This document shows, piece by piece, positions 1-8,024 of a DNA stretch of 40,708 nt. Made by a program: the position numbers and the translations under genes. Origin of the DNA: Deltaproteobacteria bacterium (GTDB lineage: Bacteria > SAR324 > NAC60-12); contig JAYOTF010000030.1 of NCBI GenBank assembly GCA_038150265.1, positions 1-40,708 on the forward strand. The letters are read 5' to 3'. Below the pieces are notes generated by a model. The model searched no databases and was not told the origin of the DNA. It saw nothing but the letters and a program-made list of their open reading frames with translations. Positions within the stretch are counted from its first letter, which is position 1, and each line of letters begins with the position of its first letter.

Positions 1-2
1 GG

Positions 3-644
3 GACTGGACGCAGGAAAAGCAGTACGACCAGGAGGTCACCACCTACAAGGCCAAATTCGACAAGAACTGGGCCAACGCCGACCACGCGACCCTGGTCGC
101 CATGGGGGAATCGCTCTTCAATGCCAAGTGTGTCGCCTGTCACGGCTACACGGGTGAGGGACAAAACGGCGTCGCGGCGAACCTGCTGGAGTTCGGGACG
201 GAAAAGCACGTCGCCTACGTCATCAACAACGGCTCCAAGGGCTTGGGGTACCTCACCCCGGCGATGCCGCCACAGGCGCCCACCATTGCGGCCATGTTTG
301 GCCAGGAAAACCTGGAGCAGAACATTGCCAACGTCTCCGCCTATGTCATTCAGTTGACGGGCCGGACCCCACAAACCGGTGATGCACAAGCCGGACAGGC
401 CATCTTCAATGCCACCTGCATGGCCTGCCATGGCCTCGATGGCACCGGAAAGGGCCCTGCGGGCAACATCCCCAATTTTGCCAAGGACCTCACCACCTAC
501 GGATCAGCCGACGACATCGTCCGCATCCTCCAGCATGGTAAGGAAGGCTACATCGGGAAAATGCCCAGCTTTGCCTCGGAAGGCACCCTCAGCGAAATTC
601 AGTATCAGGCGCTCGGGGCCTTTGTTTCCACAGAACTTAACTGA
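3..644 (+). CDS. ccoP: cbb3-type cytochrome c oxidase subunit III (diheme), 5'-truncated by the window edge
   Basis: Frame is open from position 3 (DWTQEKQYDQEVTTYKAKFDKNW...). Two CxxCH motifs (CVACH, CMACH), each followed by a Met-Pro axial ligand. ccoG/H/I/S lie downstream. Confidence 0.9.
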   Translation, partial: DWTQEKQYDQEVTTYKAKFDKNWANADHATLVAMGESLFNAKCVACHGYTGEGQNGVAANLLEFGTEKHVAYVINNGSKGLGYLTPAMPPQAPTIAAMFGQENLEQNIANVSAYVIQLTGRTPQTGDAQAGQAIFNATCMACHGLDGTGKGPAGNIPNFAKDLTTYGSADDIVRILQHGKEGYIGKMPSFASEGTLSEIQYQALGAFVSTELN

Positions 645-653
645 GAAACCATC

Positions 654-803
654 ATGTTTGGAATTCAAGGACTGCTCGGATACCTGCTCCTGGTTGTGGT
701 GCTCGTCACCTGCCTGGTCGTGATCGGGTACGAGGCACTGGTGGTCCAGCAGGAACAAGCCACCAACTACTACACTGTTGAAGCTCCGGAAAACGCCCGC
801 TGA
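654..803 (+). CDS. Small single-TM protein, DUF4006-like (49 aa, not in the ORF track)
   Basis: ATG 654 to TGA 803 reads MFGIQGLLGYLLLVVVLVTCLVVIGYEALVVQQEQATNYYTVEAPENAR. Starts 9 nt after ccoP. Pattern and position match DUF4006 as I recall it from Campylobacterota. Confidence 0.75.
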   Translation: MFGIQGLLGYLLLVVVLVTCLVVIGYEALVVQQEQATNYYTVEAPENAR

Positions 804-819
804 GGGCCTCCTCCTGAAA

Positions 820-839
820 CCAGGGCGGCAACGCCCTGG
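820..839 (+). terminator. Hairpin closing the cco structural operon
   Basis: CCAGGGCG-GCAA-CGCCCTGG: perfect 8-bp stem with a GNRA loop. No U-tract. Confidence 0.5.
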
Positions 840-853
840 CGACCGACTTGCCT

Positions 854-2374
854 ATGCCTCCTTCGGAACTGGTTCACGCCTTGATGTCTCCGGGGGCGTA
901 CCCGCACCCCGTTCAGTCTCCCATCCGCCTCATCCAAACCCATGTGGCGTGGGTCTTTCTGACGGGCTCTCATGCCTACAAGCTCAAGAAGCCTGTCGAC
1001 TTCGGCTTCCTCGATTTTTCCACTCTGGCGCAACGCAAGGTTGCGTGTGACGACGAACTTCGGCTCAATCGGCACTACGCCCCATCCATTTACCAGGCGG
1101 TGCTTCCAGTCGGACGGGAAGCCGGCACCCTGCGGCTCCTCACCGAAGATTCGGAAGCCCTTCCGGAAGACTACGTTGTCCAGATGACGGAGTTTCCCCA
1201 GTCCAGCCTCTTTCGGGTGATGCTCGAAGAGCAGGCCCTGGAAGCCCGACACCTCGAAGACCTCGGAAGGCGCCTGGCCCGCTGGCAAGAAACCGCTCCC
1301 ACTGACGAAGAAGTCGCTTCCTACGGATCGGCCTCTGCGCTGCGCTCACTTGCTCAAGACAACTTCACCGACCTGGCCCCTCACGCCGGAGACGTCTTTT
1401 CGGTGGACCTGCTCCAGCGGGTTGAAGCCCATCAGTTTTCCTTCCTCGATGCCCACCAGTCCACCCTCAGGGAACGCGGCACACAGGGACGAATCCGGGA
1501 GTGCCACGGTGACCTTCACCTCAATAACGTCTGCTGGCTGGAAGGCGAGTCGGTTCCCTTCGACTGCATCGAGTTCAGTCGCTCCATCCGCAGCACCGAT
1601 GTGCAGTACGATGCTGCCTTCATGGTCTGTGACCTGCTGATCCGGAACCGGACCGACCTTGCCTTTGCCTTTTACAACACCTGGCTGGAGCACTCCGGAG
1701 ACTTCACGGGGGCAGCGCTGCTGACCTTTTACATCAGCCTGCGAGCGGGGGTGCGGGCCAAGATCCACTCCTACTCCATTCACAACGACACCCTGAGCCC
1801 TTCGGAACGTCAAAGCGCCCGGAAGCACACCCGCGCCTTCCTTGACCTCGCAGGGGCGCTGGCGGATCCTCCGGAGCCTGTTGCCTTTGTGGTCTCCGGA
1901 CTCTCGGGGTCTGGCAAGAGCACGGTTGGCCGCTGGCTGGCTCAGGACCACGGAGCCATTCACCTGCGCTCCGATGCCATCCGCAAGCACCTGGCAGGGC
2001 AGTCGCCACTGACTCCCGGAACACCGGCGCTGTATGCGGAGGCTCACACTCAACGGACCTATACCGCGCTGATCGACTACGCTCGGGGCATTCTGGACTC
2101 CGGGCAGTCGGTGGTTCTCGACGCCACCTTTCTCCGCCCGGAACAGCGGGCCGCCCTGGAGGCCCTCCAGCCCTTCCCTGTCCGTGTGCTGACCTGTGAG
2201 GCGCCCGAGGCCCTGTTACGGGAGCGGTTGCAGCAACGCACCCAAGACGCCTCAGATGCCACCCTCGCGGTCCTGGAACAGCAGCAGCACACCTGGACCC
2301 CCTGGGAAGGAGCGTGGCCTCTTGAGACGTCCCAAAACTGGGAGCCTCAGATCAAGACGTGGGTGACTGAGTAA
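854..2374 (+). CDS. Bifunctional aminoglycoside-phosphotransferase-like / AAA_33 P-loop kinase protein
   Basis: QTHVAWVFL, AYKLKKPVDFGFLDFST, ECHGDLHLNN and FDCIEF in the N-domain. GLSGSGKST P-loop, RSDAIRK, VLDATF and SDA in the C-domain. Confidence 0.85.
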   Translation: MPPSELVHALMSPGAYPHPVQSPIRLIQTHVAWVFLTGSHAYKLKKPVDFGFLDFSTLAQRKVACDDELRLNRHYAPSIYQAVLPVGREAGTLRLLTEDSEALPEDYVVQMTEFPQSSLFRVMLEEQALEARHLEDLGRRLARWQETAPTDEEVASYGSASALRSLAQDNFTDLAPHAGDVFSVDLLQRVEAHQFSFLDAHQSTLRERGTQGRIRECHGDLHLNNVCWLEGESVPFDCIEFSRSIRSTDVQYDAAFMVCDLLIRNRTDLAFAFYNTWLEHSGDFTGAALLTFYISLRAGVRAKIHSYSIHNDTLSPSERQSARKHTRAFLDLAGALADPPEPVAFVVSGLSGSGKSTVGRWLAQDHGAIHLRSDAIRKHLAGQSPLTPGTPALYAEAHTQRTYTALIDYARGILDSGQSVVLDATFLRPEQRAALEALQPFPVRVLTCEAPEALLRERLQQRTQDASDATLAVLEQQQHTWTPWEGAWPLETSQNWEPQIKTWVTE

Positions 2375-2406
2375 AATTACGGATGTTTCTTCTGTGACGG
2401 ATTATT

Positions 2407-2424
2407 AAAATATTCGCATATTTT
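2407..2424. promoter_or_regulatory. Inverted repeat (candidate operator) upstream of the persulfide dioxygenase
   Basis: AAAATAT-TCGC-ATATTTT in an AT-rich intergenic region. RBS AGGAG precedes ATG 2471. Confidence 0.45.
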
Positions 2425-2470
2425 GTTTTTCAAATATTAACTCGGTCACTGACCACCACAGGAGAATCTT

Positions 2471-3193
2471 ATGAGCCAAGCCAAACTCGCTGTTGAGCAA
2501 CTCTTCGACTACGAAACCTGGACCTACACCTACCTGGTCTGGGATCCGGAGACGAAGGATGCCGCCCTGATCGATCCGGTCAAGGAGCAAGTCGAGCGAG
2601 ACCTGCAGCTGGTTGCCGACAAGGGCCTCAAGCTGAACTACATCCTGGATACTCACGTCCATGCCGACCACGTCACGGGTGCCGGAGACCTCCGGGCCAA
2701 GACGGGTGCTCAAACGGTAGTGGGACGTCCGGCCGGGATTGGCTGTGCCGATGTCCTCATTGGAGATGGCGAGTCCGTCAAGGTGGGGCGCTTTGAGATC
2801 AAGGCCCTCTCGACTCCGGGACACACCGACGCCTGCACCAGCTTTCTGGCGGAGGACATGGTCTTCACTGGAGACTCGCTCTTCATCCGCAGCTGCGGCC
2901 GCACCGACTTCCAGCAGGGAGATCCGTCGAAGCTGTTCAGCAGCATCACCGAGCAGCTCTTCACCCTTCCGGATGAGACCAAGGTCTACCCGGGACACGA
3001 CTACCGTGGCTTCACCGTCTCGACCATTGGTGAAGAGAAGCAGTTGAATCCTCGCATCGGAGGGGGTAAAACCGAGGCGGAGTTCGTCGGCATCATGAAC
3101 TCCCTGAACCTTCCGAAACCCAAGCGCATCGATGTTGCGGTGCCTGTCAACCAACAATGTGGGACGCTGACGGTTGATGCCGAAGCGGCCTAA
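2471..3193 (+). CDS. Persulfide dioxygenase (ETHE1-like, metallo-beta-lactamase fold)
   Basis: TYTYL, DTHVHADH, TPGHT, FTGDSLFIRSCGRTDFQ, YPGHDY, STIGEEK, NPR and LPKPKRID are typical of ETHE1/PDO. No fused rhodanese. Confidence 0.88.
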   Translation: MSQAKLAVEQLFDYETWTYTYLVWDPETKDAALIDPVKEQVERDLQLVADKGLKLNYILDTHVHADHVTGAGDLRAKTGAQTVVGRPAGIGCADVLIGDGESVKVGRFEIKALSTPGHTDACTSFLAEDMVFTGDSLFIRSCGRTDFQQGDPSKLFSSITEQLFTLPDETKVYPGHDYRGFTVSTIGEEKQLNPRIGGGKTEAEFVGIMNSLNLPKPKRIDVAVPVNQQCGTLTVDAEAA

Positions 3194-3208
3194 TCTCTCT
3201 GTAATTGC

Positions 3209-4651
3209 ATGAACTCCCCGCTCCGATCTTCGGAGCGGACGTCTCGCTTTGACGTCTCCGCTCCAGCCTCCCTCTCCCGGATTCCCTTCCACAAGATTCG
3301 CCACCGTGCATTTGTCGCGATTGCGCTGTTTACCCTCGCGGTGCCGTTTGTTCAGATCAATGGGAACCAGCTCTTCATGATGTCCTTCCTGCACCTGGAG
3401 TTTCACCTCCTTGGTGTCGTCTATGACATGCAGGAACTTTACTTGATTCCCCTGGTCCTGATCCTCTTCTTTGTCGGGATCTTCCTGATCACGGCGCTTG
3501 GTGGACGCGTCTGGTGCGGGTGGGGGTGCCCGCAAACCATGTTCCGCTCGCTCTACCGCGACCTCATCCAGGGCAAAATCCTCGGGCTGCGCAAGTGGCA
3601 CATCAAGAACCGCCCGCTCAAACTGACCAAGTCCGTGGATCGCGCCAAGTTTGTCCTCGGCATCCTCCTCCTGACGCCCCTCATGCTCCTGGCTGCGGCC
3701 AACCTGATGTGGTTCTTTGTCAGCCCCTACGAATTTTTTGACATCCTCCTCCATCACCCACAGGAGCATGTTCTGCTCATCGGTTTCTGGCTGGGGTTCG
3801 CCGGCTTCTTTCTGCTCGACATCACCTGGATTGCCGAACGCTTCTGCCGTTACGCCTGCCCCTATGCACGCATCCAGACCGTCTTGTTTGACGCAGATAC
3901 GCCGGTGGCCATCTACGACAAGGACCGCGGAGACAACTCGGACGGCTCCCGGGGGGCGAAGAACCTCCAGAAGCAAAAGGACGCCTCTGGCGACTGCACC
4001 GGGTGTGAAGCCTGTGTCCGCGTGTGCCCGGCGGGCATTGATATCCGGGACGGCCTGCAGTTGGCCTGCATCTCCTGCCTGGAGTGCGTGGACGCCTGTG
4101 AGCCGGTCATGGCCCGCCTGAACAAGCCCAACCTCGTTCACTGGGCCAGTGAGAAGACCCTCGCCGGACAGACGATCCAGTTCTTCCGTCCCCGGGTGTG
4201 GATCTACCTGCTGGTGCTGGTGGCCATTGCGTCCTTCCTGGTGTACCGAGGGGGTCACCGGGAGACGCTTCTGCTGAACGTCAACCGCACAACGGAGCTG
4301 TACAGCATCAAGGACGAAGGGCTCCGGGTCGAGAATCACTACGTCATCCTGGTGACCAACATTGACGACCAGCCACATGACTTCATGCTCGAAGTGGAAG
4401 GACTCGACGGCGTGGAGATCCTCCGCCCAGACAAGCCCTTCCGGATTCTTGCCGAAGGCCGGAGCCGCAAGGTCGTCATCCTCAGCACCAATGAAATGCT
4501 GGTCGAGAACGCGACCCGCAACACGTCTCTGCCCATCCAGCTTCGGGCCTATGCCGTTGATGCCCCCAAGGAGGTGGCCACTGTGAAGTCTTCGGTCTTC
4601 ATCTTTCCTCCGGACAAGGAGGTCAACATGCCCCGGAAGCTACCGGAATGA
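3209..4651 (+). CDS. ccoG: cbb3 oxidase accessory protein CcoG/FixG (4Fe-4S membrane protein, cupric reductase family)
   Basis: GRVWCGWGCPQT, FCRYACPY, CTGCEACVRVCP, CISCLECVDAC, several TM helices and an Ig-like C-terminus. Confidence 0.93.
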   Translation: MNSPLRSSERTSRFDVSAPASLSRIPFHKIRHRAFVAIALFTLAVPFVQINGNQLFMMSFLHLEFHLLGVVYDMQELYLIPLVLILFFVGIFLITALGGRVWCGWGCPQTMFRSLYRDLIQGKILGLRKWHIKNRPLKLTKSVDRAKFVLGILLLTPLMLLAAANLMWFFVSPYEFFDILLHHPQEHVLLIGFWLGFAGFFLLDITWIAERFCRYACPYARIQTVLFDADTPVAIYDKDRGDNSDGSRGAKNLQKQKDASGDCTGCEACVRVCPAGIDIRDGLQLACISCLECVDACEPVMARLNKPNLVHWASEKTLAGQTIQFFRPRVWIYLLVLVAIASFLVYRGGHRETLLLNVNRTTELYSIKDEGLRVENHYVILVTNIDDQPHDFMLEVEGLDGVEILRPDKPFRILAEGRSRKVVILSTNEMLVENATRNTSLPIQLRAYAVDAPKEVATVKSSVFIFPPDKEVNMPRKLPE

Positions 4652-5478
4652 GCTACCTGGCCCTGACCACGCTGGTGCTGCTCGCAGGAGCTCCCGCCGC
4701 GTGGGCGCACCACTTTGCAGGACTCCCGGATGAACTGCTCTCTCCCCAGTTTTGGGGAGGGATCGGGCTCGCCGTTTCCAGCGCCTTGGTGTTGCTTCGT
4801 CAGGGATGGGCCTGGCTCCGTCAGCGGGCCAACGCCTTGTTCGCACACCTGTCCCTCTTTTTCCCGACAAAGGAGATCATGCCCGATACCTACCCCATGC
4901 CTGCTCCAGCGCCCACCCCCGCCCATGCCCTTCGCAAGAATGCGTGGGGGTGGGGCATCACCGCTGTCCTCGTTGCCTTCACCGGATTGATCGGCCTGAC
5001 CATCAAGATCGCGGTCGTCGATTACCCCGTGGAGTTCGACAACCGCATCGAAGGCCGCTACCAGTGGGTCGATGAAAACATCAACGACCTGATCCAGATG
5101 TCCGAAGCCTTCGACCGTGAGGGCTACCAACTGACACCGCAAACTCCCGCACAGTTGGGCTCCAATCACTGGACCTTTGCGCTGACCAAGCAGGGCGAGC
5201 CCGTCTCGGACGCCTCCGTCAGCCTGCTCGTGACCCGTGAGGCGACCAATCAGGAAGACCAGGCACTGGGGGAGTTGTCCGGAAGCAACGGCCTCTTCGA
5301 AGCCGATGTCACCCTTCCGGGTCCGGGAGTCTGGCTGCTCCGAATGGGCATCACCGTTGGCCACCTTGAGGTCACCCGGACGCACCTCGTTGAGGTCGCT
5401 GACGAAAACGGACGGGTTCCTTCCGCCTACTACAACTCCCGAACCCGCATCGCCAAGCTCCAGAACACCCCCAACTGA
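4648..5478 (+). CDS. ccoH: FixH/CcoH-family protein (alternative start at 4879)
   Basis: Lies between ccoG and ccoI. RKNAWGWGI-TM-PVEFDN..YQWVDENIN pattern, then a beta-rich YtkA-like region (LPGPGVW). Confidence 0.7.
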   Translation: MSYLALTTLVLLAGAPAAWAHHFAGLPDELLSPQFWGGIGLAVSSALVLLRQGWAWLRQRANALFAHLSLFFPTKEIMPDTYPMPAPAPTPAHALRKNAWGWGITAVLVAFTGLIGLTIKIAVVDYPVEFDNRIEGRYQWVDENINDLIQMSEAFDREGYQLTPQTPAQLGSNHWTFALTKQGEPVSDASVSLLVTREATNQEDQALGELSGSNGLFEADVTLPGPGVWLLRMGITVGHLEVTRTHLVEVADENGRVPSAYYNSRTRIAKLQNTPN

Positions 5479-5484
5479 GGACGC

Positions 5485-7791
5485 ATGGAGGCCACCGCCT
5501 GTCCGGCGCCCGGGCTGCTGAATGCAGCAGCTCGCTCGTCGCTCCCGAATCTTCCCGACTTCACCACCGAGGCGTTCCGGCGCAACTACCTGGAACCCCG
5601 TGCTGATGGCAAGGCCTCCGTGTCGCTGCTGCTCGACGGCATCCGCTGTGCTGGCTGCTCCCATACGGTTGAGAAGGTCCTCCAGTCCCACCCCGGAGTC
5701 CTCGAGGCGGAGCTCAACTACAGCACCCACCGCACCAAGCTGGTGTGGGACGAAGACCAGACCCGGCTGGACCACATCATTGAAGCCGTCCGCGACGCGG
5801 GCTACGACGCCCGCCCCCAGCCGCTGGTCGTCCCGGGACTCGATCAGGAAGAGGTGCAGACCCGGGAACGCTTTCCTCGGCTGATGCTGGCCATCTTCGG
5901 GGCCATGAACCTGATGTGGATTGCGATTGCCCAATACGCCGGCTACTTCTCCGGCATGGAGCAACGGCATGAAGACCTCCTCAACCTCGCCAGTTTTGCC
6001 CTCGCCACCCCGGTTCTGTTCTACTCCGGACTCCCCTTCTTTCAAGGAGCCTGGCGTGACCTCAAGCTCGGGGCGCTCGGCATGGACTTTCAGGTCGCCT
6101 TCAGCACCACGGTCATCTACCTCTACAGCACCTATGCCGCCCTCGCCCAAAGCGGCAGTACCTACTTTGAGGCTGTGGCCATGTTCATTGCCTTCCTCTC
6201 CATTGGGAAGTACCTGGAGCAACTGGGCATCCGCAAGATCCTCAACCAGGGACGCGCCTTTCAGAACCTGATGCCCTTCTCGGTCACGCGCGTGGACGGC
6301 GATCAGCGCCTCGAGGCCACGCTGGAAGACATTGCTCCCGGCTGGGTCCTGGAAGTACAACCGGGAGAGCGGGTTGCCGCAGACGGTGAGGTGCTCAGCG
6401 GAGAAGCATTGGTGGATGAATCGCACCTGACCGGAGAACCGCTGCCCGTCAGCAAGCAACCGGGCGCCCCCCTCAGCAGCGGGAGCATCTGCCAGGACGG
6501 AGTGCTCCAGTATCGTGTGCACAAGGCCGCTGCCGAATCCACGCTCGCCCGGATCATCCGGAGGGTCGAGGACGCCCTTTCCAGCAAACCACGCATCCGG
6601 GTGCTGGCCGACCGCCTCGCCCGGTACTTCGTCTTTGGCATCACCGCGGTCGCCGCTGCCACCTTCGTGTGGGTGTGGCAGACCACATCCAGTCCGGAGC
6701 AAGCCCTGATGAATGCCATGGCGGTGCTGATCATTGCCTGCCCCTGTGCGCTGTCGCTGGCGACTCCAATTGCCGTGCTGACCGGCCTTTCTGTTGCCAC
6801 CTCCAAGCGGATCCTCTTCCGGGATGGCGCTCAGTTTGAAACCCTGAGGCAGATCACGGATGTCGTTTTGGACAAAACCGGAACCATCACAGCCGGCACT
6901 CCGGAGGTCGCTGAGGTCATCTGGCAAGGAGCGCCTCAGGAAGCCCTGGCCCTGGCCCTGGCCTCTCAGTCCAGGCACCCGGTCTCCCGGACCATCCGGA
7001 AGCACTTCGAGTCTCAAGCACTGGAGCCGGTTTCCCTCACTCAGCTCCGGGAGGTGGCCGGACGTGGCCTGCAGGCCCAATGGGGGGAGCGCACCGTGCT
7101 CGGAGGAAGCCTCCCATTCTTGCGAGCCTCCGGAGTGGTCTTTTCTGCTGAAGAAGAAGCCCACCTTCAGGAAACCATGACCTCCGTCGGGTCCCTGTTC
7201 TTTCTCGCAGTCGACCAGGCCCTCTGTGGCACCTTCATCATCCACGACCAGATCCGCTCCGGAAGCCAGGCCGCCATTCGGCACTTCCAGGAGTTGGGCC
7301 TGCAGGTTCATCTTCTGACCGGGGACCACCCGGCTGCCGCCCAGGCGGTCGCCGACGCCTGCCAGATTGATCCGGAGCAGGTCCATGCCTCGGCCTCTCC
7401 CGAGGACAAGCTGGCGCACATCCGGACCCTTCAGGCAAAGGGAGCCTCGGTGCTCATGGTTGGCGACGGCCTCAATGATGCTCCTGCCCTGGCGCAGGCC
7501 GACCTCGGGATTGCCATGGGCGCCTCGGCAGACAAGGCGCTGGAGATCTCGGACCTGGTGTTGCTGAGCAACAGCCTGGAATCCCTGGTCAGTGCCCTCA
7601 AGATTTCCCACCATGCCTTTCACCTCATCCGGCAGAACCTGGGGATTTCCCTGATCTACAACCTCATTGCGCTGCCCCTGGCCATTGGCGGCTGGGTAAT
7701 TCCCCTAATTGCCGCCCTGTCCATGTCTCTGTCATCCTTGTTAGTAGTGCTGAACTCCCTGCGTTCACGACGAACGCTGAAACCTGCATGA
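5485..7791 (+). CDS. ccoI: P1B-type (copper) ATPase CcoI/FixI
   Basis: CAGC metal-binding domain, TGEP, CPCALSLATP, DKTGT, SRHP, GDGLNDAPAL, YN and MSLSS motifs, in cco context. Confidence 0.92.
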   Translation: MEATACPAPGLLNAAARSSLPNLPDFTTEAFRRNYLEPRADGKASVSLLLDGIRCAGCSHTVEKVLQSHPGVLEAELNYSTHRTKLVWDEDQTRLDHIIEAVRDAGYDARPQPLVVPGLDQEEVQTRERFPRLMLAIFGAMNLMWIAIAQYAGYFSGMEQRHEDLLNLASFALATPVLFYSGLPFFQGAWRDLKLGALGMDFQVAFSTTVIYLYSTYAALAQSGSTYFEAVAMFIAFLSIGKYLEQLGIRKILNQGRAFQNLMPFSVTRVDGDQRLEATLEDIAPGWVLEVQPGERVAADGEVLSGEALVDESHLTGEPLPVSKQPGAPLSSGSICQDGVLQYRVHKAAAESTLARIIRRVEDALSSKPRIRVLADRLARYFVFGITAVAAATFVWVWQTTSSPEQALMNAMAVLIIACPCALSLATPIAVLTGLSVATSKRILFRDGAQFETLRQITDVVLDKTGTITAGTPEVAEVIWQGAPQEALALALASQSRHPVSRTIRKHFESQALEPVSLTQLREVAGRGLQAQWGERTVLGGSLPFLRASGVVFSAEEEAHLQETMTSVGSLFFLAVDQALCGTFIIHDQIRSGSQAAIRHFQELGLQVHLLTGDHPAAAQAVADACQIDPEQVHASASPEDKLAHIRTLQAKGASVLMVGDGLNDAPALAQADLGIAMGASADKALEISDLVLLSNSLESLVSALKISHHAFHLIRQNLGISLIYNLIALPLAIGGWVIPLIAALSMSLSSLLVVLNSLRSRRTLKPA

Positions 7792-7804
7792 AAGGAAGAA
7801 TCGG

Positions 7805-8002
7805 ATGGATGTACTGCCACTGATGCTAGGGGTCTCCCTGCTGCTCGGAAGCGTCGGGCTCGCAGCCTTCCTCTGGGGATGGAAAAACGGACTCTTTGAC
7901 GACCCGGAACGGGTTCGCTACAAGATTCTGCTGGACGATGAAGAGGAAGATCGCTACCAGGCCATGCTCCAGCAGACCGAGCCCCCCTCTCAATCATCTT
8001 GA
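7805..8002 (+). CDS. ccoS: cbb3 oxidase maturation protein CcoS/FixS
   Basis: 65 aa, one TM, then AFLWGWKNGLFDD matching the FixS W..K.GQFDD motif. Directly after ccoI. Confidence 0.88.
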   Translation: MDVLPLMLGVSLLLGSVGLAAFLWGWKNGLFDDPERVRYKILLDDEEEDRYQAMLQQTEPPSQSS

Positions 8003-8024
8003 ACCCAAACTGTAAGGAGGAGTG

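Noticed and set aside
4549..7623. 1024-aa minus-strand ORF, and similar long antisense ORFs at 2405-4378, 16612-18267, 22159-23568 and 38700-40502
   Set aside because: They mirror well-supported genes on the opposite strand, show no motifs, and are the expected shadow ORFs of GC-rich codon usage.
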